Part shown: one piece after another, positions 36,700 to 46,538 of the stretch
How the letters are laid out: each line of letters begins with the position of its first letter
How positions within the stretch are numbered: the first letter of the stretch is position 1
NCBI GenBank assembly: GCA_963712625.1
Contig: CAVQIU010000009.1
Span: 27,501-91,500 of the forward strand
DNA from: an uncultured Actinomycetota bacterium
GTDB taxonomy: Bacteria; Actinomycetota; Actinomycetes; Propionibacteriales; Propionibacteriaceae
DNA length: 64,000 bases
Reading direction: 5' to 3'
The notes under the pieces: model-generated
Databases searched by the model: none
The model's input: the letters and a program-made list of their open reading frames with translations, nothing else
What the model was told of the DNA's origin: nothing
Position numbers and translations under genes: made by a program

Positions 36700-37494
36700 T
36701 CAGACGTTCTCCTTGAGCCAGGCGATGTCAGAGCCCTGACCTTCCCGGCCGCCGGGTGTTTCGACAACGACCGGGACGGCCGCCGTACGCACCACTTCGG
36801 CAAGGGCCTCAGTTCCGACCTCACCCTCGCCGAAGTTGGCGTGCCGGTCGGCGCCGGAGTCGAAGGGATCGCGGGAATCGTTGGCGTGTACCAGATCGAT
36901 GCGGCCGGTGATCGCCTTGACTCGATCGACCAGACCGACCAGTTCCTCACCGCCCGCGTGGGCGTGGCAGGTGTCGAGGCAGAAGCCCACCGTGTCACCG
37001 CCTTTGGCCTGACCGATCGCATCCCAGAGTCGCGCGATCCGCTCCAAGCGCCGGGCCATGGCATTGTCGCCGCCCGCGGTGTTCTCGATCAGTAGCGGTA
37101 CGCGCATCTCCAGCCCGTCGATGCACTTGCGCCAGTTGTCGAAGCCGATAGCGGGATCGTCGTTCTTCAACACATGACCGCCATGCACGATGAGTCCCGT
37201 CGCACCGACCTCGGCAGCAGCGTCCAGGTACTGCTGCAGAAACTTCCGGCTCGGGATGCGGATCCGGTTATTGGTGGTCGCCACATTGAGCACGTACGGC
37301 GCATGCACGTAGAGCGTGATGCCGGCGTCCTGTGCCGCGGCCTTGAGCGCCGCTGCGCCGCCGGCGTACCTGATCTCTGGGCCCTTCCACGCCTGCGGAT
37401 CCCCGAGAAAGAACTGCGCCAGTGTCGCTTTGCGCGCCGCGGCCTCTGCGATGGGATCAACCTGGTCTCCGTGGCCGCCCACCTGCAAGGTCAC
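36700..37494 (-). CDS. nfo: Endonuclease IV (deoxyribonuclease IV)
   Basis: VHAPYVLN, VHGGH, IENTAG, CLDTCH, HANDSRD, DRHAN, VETP. Confidence 0.93.
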   Translation of the reverse strand: MTLQVGGHGDQVDPIAEAAARKATLAQFFLGDPQAWKGPEIRYAGGAAALKAAAQDAGITLYVHAPYVLNVATTNNRIRIPSRKFLQQYLDAAAEVGATGLIVHGGHVLKNDDPAIGFDNWRKCIDGLEMRVPLLIENTAGGDNAMARRLERIARLWDAIGQAKGGDTVGFCLDTCHAHAGGEELVGLVDRVKAITGRIDLVHANDSRDPFDSGADRHANFGEGEVGTEALAEVVRTAAVPVVVETPGGREGQGSDIAWLKENV

Positions 37495-38543
37495 GGGTTC
37501 GAGTCCTCCGACTGACCGCTCGCCACCAGTCACGCATCCGGTTGGCTGCGGACCCGCCGGCGGTCCCGGCCGCGGCACCGATCTTGCCCACCAGCTTGTA
37601 CAGCGGGTCGCCAGAGGTCGTGAAGTTCTGCTTGTACGAGTTGGCGGCAGCCTTGACCTCCTCGCTCATGGGAGCGTCTTTATCGTCGGACCGGCGCGGG
37701 TAGTTTCCTGCCAGGATCTCGGCGTAACTCAGGTCCGGCTGCCCACTTCTGCAGTTCGGCTGCCCGCAGCGCGGCCAGCGGGTGGCTCTTCCCGCTCATC
37801 TGCAAGAGCTTCAGCAGGCTGTCGCGTACGTCGCCACTGTTTCTCGTACTCCTCTGCCTGGTCGAGAAACCCCGCGATGTCCATCTCGTTGGGGTTCCTC
37901 GCACCAGCCATGACTTGCGTGCGCCCGCAACGCTGCGCTCGGGTCTTGAGAACACAGCAGGCCGGCACGATCGCAGGACAACTCGGACTTGCGGAACCAC
38001 TCGTTCAGACCGAGGATGATCGCCCGGATGCTCCACGCGCCGATCGGCAGCCACTCCATGGCGGCAGCGAGATTGATCAACGCAGATCAGCATCGTGCGA
38101 TAGACAGCGTGCCCGGAGAGCACGTGCCCGACCTCGTGCCCGATGATGAACCGCAGTCCCTCGTCGTCGACGAGATCGAGCATGCCCGTGCTCACCACGA
38201 TGATCGGCTTGCCCATTCCAATAGCCATCGCTGCTGGGGTGGGATCTTGCTCGATGTACAGCTCCGGGACGGGCTGCAGGTCAAGCGTCGTCGCGCACTC
38301 GTTCAGCATCTGGTGGATGTGCGGGTACTGGCGCGGTGAGACACGGATTGCCGTGGCGAGGTAGAGGTAGCGAATGCTTCGCTCGCCGATGGCTGAGGAG
38401 ATTGTCTTCAGGACCGAGTCGAAGCCCGGAATCGCACGCAGCGCCACTAAGGCGCCGCGGTCAGCCGGGTGCTCGTACGCGCGCGAGCTGATGTCGGGAA
38501 ACCGGATGCGCCCGCGGAGCGCTGGCAGGGATTCCGTGGTCAT
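37491..38543 (-). CDS. M48 zinc metallopeptidase, frameshifted
   Basis: YEHPADR, HEVGH (HExxH), WFRKSELSCDRAG, SHP..R. Confidence 0.9.
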
Positions 38544-38581
38544 GCCCAGCAGCGTACGTGTGCGTGGAGTTAGGCGTCGGG

Positions 38582-38858
38582 TCAGTTGCCCATCTGGAAG
38601 ATGCCGCTGATGAGCCCCATCGTGATCTGAAGGATGAATCCAAGCACGAGCCACGCGGCGCCGATGATGATGCCGGCCAGAGCCTTGCTGTTCTGAAAGC
38701 CGGCGCGGCGCGAGATGATGTACGCCACGATGCTCAGGACCAGCCCGATGGTCGAGGTGCACGGGATGATCGCCAAGATCAGTCCGACGATCCCGAGGGT
38801 ATTGCCGGGATCTGCTGCTGGTTGCGGGGTGGCCTGATAGTTCGGCCATGTCGGTCAC
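38582..38858 (-). CDS. Small two-TM membrane protein (DUF4190-like), frameshifted
   Basis: GLVLSIVAYIISRRAG..KALAGIIIG hydrophobic pattern. Confidence 0.55.
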
Positions 38859-38933
38859 TCCTCCGAGGGCGGGTTCAGGTACGGCGAAACGAGCCTATCG
38901 TCACTGGGTTCGCACAGACAGAATGTGCCGCAC

Positions 38934-39517
38934 CTAGAGTCGATCCAGTCCCAATGCCCGCGCCTTCGCGCCGGCCTCTGCTCGGTTCGCCGCTCCAAGC
39001 TTGGCCAAGATGTTGGATACATGGACGCTGGCGGTCTTCTCGCTGATGAACAGGTTCTCGCCGATCTCACGATTCGTCCGGCCCTGCGACACCAGGACGA
39101 GCACTTCACGCTCACGGCCGGTGAGCCCACGTTCGCTGTCAGCCTCCACCTGCGGCATGGCACGACAGCTTCAGCCGCGCCCGGCGAGCAATGGCTTCCA
39201 TCTCTGTGACAAGAGGCACGGCGCCGATCGAGCGAGCACGTTCGTACGCCGGTGCGAGCTCGGCCTCGGCGTTCGCATTGTTCCCGGTTGCCGCGAGTGC
39301 CTCGGCAAGCCGCAGCGCCGCGTAGAGCTCATGCTCTGCGTACGTGACCTCGCGGATCCGCAGCAGAGCCTCGCGCCAGAGCCCGCGGCGCGGCTTCGTC
39401 TTTGGCTCTCGACAGCTCAGCCTCGGTGAGACTCAGCCAGGCTCCGACGTTCCTGGCCAGGTATCCGCCGGTCCCGACGGAGTCGTGAACCGTTCTGAGC
39501 AGATCAACGAGTCGGGA
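38934..39517 (-). pseudogene. Tandem duplicate of the 3' ~575 bp of the LuxR-ATPase gene (last TPR-like region + HTH)
   Basis: 38942-39517 repeats 39518-40091 with substitutions; encodes GLTGREREVL..ISEKTASVHVSNILAKLG. Confidence 0.85.
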
Positions 39518-42423
39518 GATCCGGTCCCAATGCCCGCGCCTTCGCGCCGGCCTCTGCTCGGTTCGCCGCTCCAAGCTTGGCCAAGATGTTGGATACATGG
39601 ACGCTGGCGGTCTTGTCGCTGATGAATAGGGACTGGCCGATCTCACGATTCGTCCGGCCCTGCGACACCAGGACGAGCACCTCACGCTCACGGCCGGTGA
39701 GCCCACGTTCGCTGTCAGCCCCGACCTGCGGCATGGCAGATAGCTTCAGCCGCGCCCGGCGCGCAATGGCCTCCATCTCTGCGACAAGGGGTACGGCGCC
39801 GATCGAGCGAGCACGTTCGTACGCCGGTGCGAGCTCGGCCTCGGCGTTCGCAGTGTCCCCGGTTGCCGCGAGCGCCTCGGCAAGCCGCAGCGCCGCGTAG
39901 AGCTCATGCTCTGCGTAGGTGACCTCGCGGATCCGCAGCAGTGCCTCGCGCCAGAGCCCGGGCGCGGCATCGTCTTTGGCTCGCGACAGCTCAGCCTCGG
40001 TGAGACACAGCCAGGCTCCGACGTTCCCGGCCAGGTATCCGCCGGGGACGACGGAGTCGTGAACCGTCCTGAGCAGATCAAGGAGTCGGGAGATCCGTCT
40101 CGGTGCGCCTGCGATCGTGCGCAAGCAGGGCACCCGTGGCCTCAACCCGTGCGATCAGCGGAACGACGTAATAGGCAATCGGGTCGTCGATCATGGGCTC
40201 GATTCGGTGAACGGCATCGCCAACGTCGTACTGGCCGCGCGCCAGCAACAGTCGCATCCGCACGCCGATCGTCGGCGCAATTGCCTGAGGATCACGAATC
40301 GCGGGGGCGAGTTCCTCGGCCCTCCGCAGGTGTTGCTCCGACTCGTCGTACCTCCCTGCACGGCCCGCTGCAAGGCCAGCGTGATCTCGTAGTACTGCCC
40401 ATAGATACCCATCACCGCTCCGGAGCGCACCTGGCTGACGATCTGGGCTGCCTCCCGCCATCGGCCAAGCCGCTGCATCACCTCGGCGCCCTCCAGGCGG
40501 ATCCAGTCAACGATCGGGCTGCGGACGTCCTTGCGAGATGTGTAGTCGAGTACCGCGAGAAAAACCTCCTCTGCCTGCTCAAGATCATTGACTGGTGTTC
40601 TCAGAGACGCGATGAGGTTGTTGTAAGCGCGAGCGGCCTCCGTCGCCTCACCGATCCCGTCCGCAATGGCAAAGGCCTCGCGCAACATGGACAATCCCTC
40701 CTGGTTCCCGACCATGGTCAGCGAGGTGCCCAAGGCGTTTAGAGCGCGGCTCAGTTCCCGGCTCGCATTGATCGTGCGCGCCAGCCCGACTGCTTCGGTG
40801 CCGGGAGGGATCGCGTCGCGATACCGGCCCAACAGCATGGAGAGCCGGCTGCGCCAGCCCAAGGCTTCTGCGCGTTCTCGCGAGGTGGAATTGCCGAGGA
40901 CCTCCACTGACCGATCTGATGCGGCGGATGCCTCGTCCCCGAGTCCGGCCATCCACAGGCTCTCGCTGAGCTCAGCCCACAAGCCGCCCAGAGCGACGCG
41001 GTCGCCGTCCTCGCCCAAGACTGCGATGGCGCGGCGGAGATGCGGCACCGCGCCGGCTCGGATGTCTCCCGAATAGCGCGCGCAATGCGCCGCGTTCCGG
41101 AGCAGTTCCCAAGTCGGCGGTGCTCCGGCAGCTACGGCATCGCTTACCTGTCCTCGCAGTTCGGCGGCCCGTTCGAAGTGCTGCTGGGCCTCGGCAAAGG
41201 CGTACAGATCTCGGGCGCGCTCCCCGGCAAGCACCAGCGACGAGAACGCAAGATCGACATCGTGCGCGGCGAGCGCGTGGTAGGCGAGCTCGGCATCAAC
41301 GCCGGTGCTGCCGCCGGCCGCCAGGCTGGGATCTTTCTTCAGGGCCTCGGCGAAGGCCCGATGTAACCGGGTGCGCTCACCCGGCAGCAGCTGATCATGC
41401 GCGGCCTCTTGTAGAAGTGCGTGCCGGAATCGGTAGCCGTAGCCTTCGGTGTCAGGAACCAGCGCTTCGCCCTCCACAGCTGCTCGAAGACCCGCCTGCA
41501 GCTCAGCTTCGCCAAGTTGGGCAACGCCCTCCAGCAGCCGATGATCGACGCGCCGCCCCGCCGCAGCAGCGATCCGCAAGACCTCCTTTGCCGACTCCGG
41601 CAGGTTGTCCAACCGCACCGCCAAGATGTCGCGAAGAGTCGAAGGCATCCCAGCCTGCGTTGCGTCGCCAGACGCCAGCAGCTCCTCGACGTAGAAAGGA
41701 TTGCCCTCCGATCGGGTCATGATCGAGAAGGCTTCTCCGGGTTGCGGCTGGCTGCCCCGAATCGCGGTGAAGAGCTGCACCACCTCACCGTCATCCAGCG
41801 GCCGCAGCTCGATCCGCTCGACAAGCGGCAGCCTGGTCAATTCGGCGAGGACCGGACGCAATGAGTGAGTGCGGCGCATCTCATCCGATCGATAGGTACC
41901 GATGAGCATGACCGGCAACGAGCCCAGATTGCGGGCCAGGAAAGTCAGCAAATCCAGCGTCGACCGATCGGCCCAATGCAGATCTTCCAAGATCAAGACC
42001 ACCCGGGTGCGTCTCCGCAAGCCGAGCCAGGAGCGCCAGAACCGCCTCGAAGAGGCCCGCCTGCTCGCGTACGCCCTCATCGGAGGACCAGGTTCGGTGA
42101 TCGGGCAGGAAGCGGACCAGCTCTGCGCCGTACAACCGTCGGGTCTCGTCAGATCCGAGTGTTCTGCTCAGCTGGCGCAACACCGCGGCCAGCGGCAGGT
42201 AGGGCATGACAGCTTGGCCCAACTCGAGACAGGCACCGACGAGGACGCGCGCGTCCGGTATCCGCCGCGCGAACTCGCTGATCAGACGGGTCTTGCCGAC
42301 TCCGGCCTCGCCGCCGAGCAGGACGACTGCAGGCGCTGTTTGCGTTGCGCCAAAGACGTCGAGGAGGTCTCGAAGCTCGTCCGAGCGACCGACGAATGCT
42401 GACGAGGTGATGCGCCCCGGCAC
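39504..42423 (-). CDS. Large ATP-binding LuxR-family (LAL/STAND) regulator, frameshifted
   Basis: FVGR, Walker A GEAGVGKT, Walker B LEDLHWAD, GNPFY, FRHALL, C-terminal LuxR HTH. Confidence 0.9.
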
Positions 42424-42430
42424 GCGGGTC

Positions 42431-42452
42431 AGTATTCCAGGGACGACCGACA
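42431..42452 (-). promoter_or_regulatory. PafBC/RecA-NDp-like promoter motif, probably leaderless
   Basis: Minus strand TGTCGG-N10-AATACT, 7 nt before the GTG start. Confidence 0.4.
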
Positions 42453-42469
42453 GAGCACCCTGCTGCTCA

Positions 42470-42847
42470 GCGCTATGACGGGCGGTTCGCTCCGGCGACT
42501 GCAGGAGCGTGCGGTGCTGTCAGGCACGCACGGCCATTACGGGACGTACCGCACCGTACGCGACGAAGGAGTCGGAACCCGCGAACAGCCTGTCAGAGCG
42601 CCAATCCAGCACAGCGCGCTATGACTGGCGGTTCGCTCCGGCGACTGCAGGAGCGTGCGGTGCTGTCAGGCACGCACGGCCATTACGGGACGTGCCGCAC
42701 CGTACGCGACGAAGGAGTCGGAACCCGCGAACAGCCGTGTCAGCAGCGCCAATCCTGCAGGCAGCGACGCTATGACGTGGCGGTTACGCATCCAGCACAG
42801 CGCGCTATGACTGGCGGTTCGCTCCGGCGACTGCGGGAGCGGTGCGA
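42470..42847 (+). repeat. Tandem array of 146-bp units, MIRU-like, with ATGA-coupled micro-ORFs
   Basis: Units start at 42470 and 42616, degenerate unit ~42767, partial unit 42802; related copy at 59478-59640. Confidence 0.9.
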
Positions 42848-42973
42848 CACCACAACGCTGGCGGCCCCCAACCGTCGTCGAGGAATTCAAGGAGCGAGCC
42901 GCCTCCGAGGCCGGGAAGGAGCAGTGACCGGGATTCTCACAGCCTCCTCCTGACGCCGACTTGTCGCGCGTCG

Positions 42974-43485
42974 CTATTCGCCGACGCTCCCGTCGATCAG
43001 CTCGCGTACGACATCCAGGTGCCCGACATGGCGCGCATACTCCTGCAGCAGGTGGGCGAGGATCCAGCCGAGCGTCGGCGGATCGCTGGAGAATCGACCA
43101 CCCAGCTTTGCCCGATCGGTCAGCTGAGCATCGCTGTGACGGCTTCGGTACGCGTGGCGATCGCGGCCCAGCGTGCCGCCAGGTCGACGACGTTGTCGTC
43201 CGGTGTAACGAGCCAGCCCTTCCCGTTCGGAGCCTCGTCGCCTCGCGGGTCTGGCATCTGCTCGGCTTCGAAGCCCCATTGCATCCAACGCCGCTCCACG
43301 AAGACAAGGTGCTTGAGCAGCCCGAGCGGTGACCAGCCCGAGGGCACGATGCTGCTGGTCAGCTGGTCAGGGCTCAGACCGTCGAGCTTGGCCAGCAGAG
43401 TTGCCCGGTAGTAGCTCAGCTGCTGCAGCAGGATCTCTCTCGGGTCCTCGAGCGATCGGGGAGGTTCGTCGCGAAGGTCAGTCAT
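42974..43485 (-). CDS. DinB/DUF664 family protein, frameshifted
   Basis: PSGWSPLGLLKHL..VERRW, HLLQEYARHVGHLDVVRELIDG. Confidence 0.9.
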
Positions 43486-43637
43486 GGTGGACAAGGCTAA
43501 GGGTCACTATGACGGGCGAGTCGGACCCAGCGAACATCTGGTCAGAGTGCTAAATCGAATCGATTCGCCCGTCAGGCTGGTCACCGGGTAGAGTTCAGCG
43601 TTGGTCCGGCGACGAGTTCGCCGGGCCTCAGCATTCG

Positions 43638-43686
43638 CCCTCCTGCTATGGGGCCGTCCCATAGCCGCTCAAGACCAGAGGAGGTG
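43638..43686 (+). ncRNA. S6:S18 ribosomal protein leader (autoregulatory RNA)
   Basis: CCTCCT pairs with SD AGGAGG; inner stem CTATGGG/CCCATAG followed by the conserved CCG; directly upstream of rpsF. Confidence 0.75.
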
Positions 43687-43696
43687 GGGTTCGCGC

Positions 43697-43988
43697 ATGC
43701 GTGAGTACGAGGTCATGGTCATCTTCGACCCTGACACCGAGGAGCGTACGGTTCAGCCCACGCTCGAGAAGCACCTGAAAGTGATCACCAAGGGTGGCGG
43801 CACTCGTCGACAACCTGGACATCTGGGGCCGCCGGCGGCTGGCGTACGAGATCCGGAAGAAGTCTGAGGGAATCTACGCGGTGATCAATGTGACCGCGGA
43901 ACCGCAGGACGTCAAGGAACTGGACCGGCAGTTCACCATCAATGAATCAATCATGCGGACGAAGGTCATCCGACCTGATCTGCGCTGA
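43697..43988 (+). CDS. rpsF: 30S ribosomal protein S6 (frameshift near 43800)
   Basis: [36 protein letters not shown]. Confidence 0.96.
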
Positions 43989-43999
43989 GATGGGCGAGA

Positions 44000-44008
44000 T
44001 TATCCACA
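44000..44008 (+). promoter_or_regulatory. Consensus DnaA box upstream of ssb
   Basis: TTATCCACA exact match. Confidence 0.55.
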
Positions 44009-44142
44009 GATTGTCCCTCGCCGGCGCGTAGCGTCAGTCCCGGCTGGCAGGCTGGCAATGTCGCCGCAGTGGCTGGACATCGTTCACTCCGGCCCGCGAG
44101 CGATAACCGAAGACCACATCGCTCATCACAACGGAGAGTTTC

Positions 44143-44658
44143 ATGGCAGGCGAAACCACCATCACTTTGGTCGGCAACCTCACAGCTGACCCGGAGCTGC
44201 GCTTCACCCCCTCGGGTGCGGCGGTCGCGAACTTCACCGTCGCGTCCACACCACGCACGTTCGATCGTCAAACCAACGAATGGCGCGACGGCGATGCGAT
44301 GTTCCTCAACTGCGCGGTGTGGCGCCAGGCTGCTGAAAACGTCGCTGAATCCCTGCAGAAGGGAATGCGGGTCATCGTGCAAGGCCGGCTCCGGTCGCGC
44401 AGCTACGAGACCCGAGACGGTGAGCGGCGCACGGTCTTCGAGATCGACGTGGACGAGATCGGCCCAGCACTGCGTTACGCCACAGCGAAGGTCACGCGGA
44501 ATGCGAGCGGCAGTACCAGGGCGGCTGCAGCCGTCCCGCTGCTGGCGGCCTCGGCGATGACCCATGGGCCAGCGGCCAGCCCAGCAGCCGCCGGCGCCCG
44601 TTCCCAGCAAGGCTCCGATCCCTGGGCGACACCCCAGAGCGACGAGCCCCCGTTCTGA
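44143..44658 (+). CDS. ssb: Single-stranded DNA-binding protein
   Basis: [31 protein letters not shown], acidic tail SDEPPF. Confidence 0.97.
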   Translation: MAGETTITLVGNLTADPELRFTPSGAAVANFTVASTPRTFDRQTNEWRDGDAMFLNCAVWRQAAENVAESLQKGMRVIVQGRLRSRSYETRDGERRTVFEIDVDEIGPALRYATAKVTRNASGSTRAAAAVPLLAASAMTHGPAASPAAAGARSQQGSDPWATPQSDEPPF

Positions 44659-44749
44659 TCGCAGAACTCACCACAGAGACATCAAGGCACATTCCGGCCA
44701 TCGGCTGTGCTTAACACGCCGCGCCGGGCTCGGAAAGGAGAGCACCACA

Positions 44750-44986
44750 ATGGCCACAACCCCACCCGCACAGCGCAAGCCGAAGAAGAAGGCCAACCCG
44801 CTGCGCGCTGGCCAGAACATCGACTACAAGGACGTCGCTACGCTGCGGAAGTTCATCTCCGAACGCGGCAAGATCCGGGCGCGCCGGGTCACCGGGCTCT
44901 CGGTTCAAGAGCAACGTCGGGTCGCCATCGCCATCAAGAACGCTCGCGAGGTGGCGCTGTTGCCGTACGCCTCCACGGCCCGCTGA
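44750..44986 (+). CDS. rpsR: 30S ribosomal protein S18, zinc-free (C-) form
   Basis: [35 protein letters not shown]; GAAAGGAG RBS. Confidence 0.97.
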   Translation: MATTPPAQRKPKKKANPLRAGQNIDYKDVATLRKFISERGKIRARRVTGLSVQEQRRVAIAIKNAREVALLPYASTAR

Positions 44987-45125
44987 ATGCTGCTGCGAGC
45001 GTCGGAAGATCGCCTTTCCTCTGCGAGCGACGACGAACTAGGCGGATACACCGCGCCCGCGATCCTCGCGAGCGAAGCGAGTAATCAAACACCGCGCGAG
45101 CAGCTCACAAAAGAAAGGTGCTGGC

Positions 45126-45577
45126 ATGAAGCTCATCCTGACTGCCTCCGTTGACAAGCTCGGCGCGCCCGGTGACGTCGTCGAGGTCAAGGACGGTTAC
45201 GGCCGCAACTTCCTCGTTCCACGCGGGTTCGCGATCCGCTGGACTCGCGGCGCCGAGAAGCAGATTGACGGCATCAAGCGCAGCCGTGCCGCGCGCGAGA
45301 TCCGAGGTATGGATCACGCCCAGGAAGTGCGCGACCAGCTGGAGGATCTGACGATCGACCTGCCCGCCCGGGCTGGCGATACCGGCAAGCTGTTCGGCGC
45401 GGTGACCGCGGGCGACGTAGCCGCCGCGATCAAGAAGGCTGGCGGGCCGTCTGGTCGACAAGCGCGCCGTACAAATCAGCCAAGCCGATCAAGACCGTCG
45501 GTCTGCACACGGTCGGCATCAAGCTGCACGATGCAGTCACCGCGCACGTACGGCTCGTGGTCGTCAAAGCGTCATAG
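45126..45577 (+). CDS. rplI: 50S ribosomal protein L9 (frameshift near 45450)
   Basis: [42 protein letters not shown]. Confidence 0.96.
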
Positions 45578-45662
45578 GTCCAGCTCTGACTTGACCCGGG
45601 ACCGAGACTGGTCACAGGCTCTCAACAAATCTGTGAGCCAGCATGCGCAAGGAAGGGTTCCG

Positions 45663-46230
45663 ATGATCCGGCTGACACCCGAGGAGCTCGAGCGTCGCCG
45701 GCGCGCCAAAATCGGGCGCACCATCATGGGCGTTTCCGCTCTGTTGCTGATGATCATGAGCGCGGTGTTGCCGCACGTCATGGTGCAAGCAGCGACCATG
45801 CTTCCCGGCCGTTCGCTCATCCCAGCGAGCCACTTCTTCCTGGTCGCCAATCCGAACGCGGAGGCTTTCTCGGGAGCAACAAGTGTCGCAGATGCGGGAT
45901 TGGGGATCAGCATCACTTACCTCGGCCTGGCGTTCCAGCAGCTCGGTTTGCTCACGGGCTTCCTGTCGTTCTGGGTGCTGATCGTGGAGGATGTCGGTCG
46001 CTGGACACGGCGGCTTGTCATGGTGTCGGGGGTATCGCTGCTGCTCGGCGCGTCAACTGTGGTCCTCGGCTACCAACTGCTGAACAGCGTGGGCGTGCCG
46101 ACCTTGCTCGGCTATGCCTGGCTGCCCACGTTGCTGCGCCGGGCTGATCATGGTCATTGGAGGCCGCCTCGCCCGTAGGCGGCTGGTCAGTACCTGGTAC
46201 TGGGAGAGTCCGGAAATCGTCCAGCCGTAG
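45663..46230 (+). CDS. Hypothetical membrane protein (about 4 TM), frameshifted near 3' end
   Basis: Hydrophobic [19 protein letters not shown]... with AAGGAAGGG RBS. Confidence 0.65.
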
Positions 46231-46305
46231 TCGCCCGGATTGGATAGCCTGATGCGCCACGAATCTCGTCGAAGGCGCGCGCTCGACGGATCCGGCTAGC
46301 GGCGG

Positions 46306-46337
46306 ATCTCCACAGGTTTATCCCCAGATGTGGAGAA
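46306..46337. promoter_or_regulatory. Cluster of three degenerate DnaA-box-like 9-mers
   Basis: ATCTCCACA, TTATCCCCA, and TGTGGAGAA (reverse TTCTCCACA). Confidence 0.5.
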
Positions 46338-46538
46338 TCACACCGATGTCATTCGCGCGTAGTTCACCTCAAGTTTCGCAAGGATGAGTCGCGAGCGAAC
46401 GCCGTGGACGTTATCGCAGGCGTAGCTGATTACGCTAGACGAATGCGTTTAGCTTGGCATGTGGCAAGCTTGTCATTTGGAGTTCATTTAGTCGTAACGC
46501 CAGTCCGGTGGTCTGTTGAGTGAGAAGGATGTTCCAGG

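Noticed and set aside
39504-42423. STAND ATPase as an Avs-type anti-phage system
   Set aside because: Architecture is ATPase-TPR-like-LuxR HTH with no nuclease, SIR2, TIR or protease effector; a standard LAL regulator
42470-42847. 146-bp array as CRISPR or RiPP precursor cluster
   Set aside because: Whole units are repeated with no unique spacers; no cas or peptide-modifying enzymes nearby
43697-45577. Programmed frameshifting or pseudogenisation in rpsF and rplI
   Set aside because: Frameshifts are window-wide and lack slippery-site context; best explained as sequencing error
44000-46337. oriC in this window
   Set aside because: Only one perfect and three degenerate DnaA boxes, no extended AT-rich unwinding region, and no dnaA/dnaN
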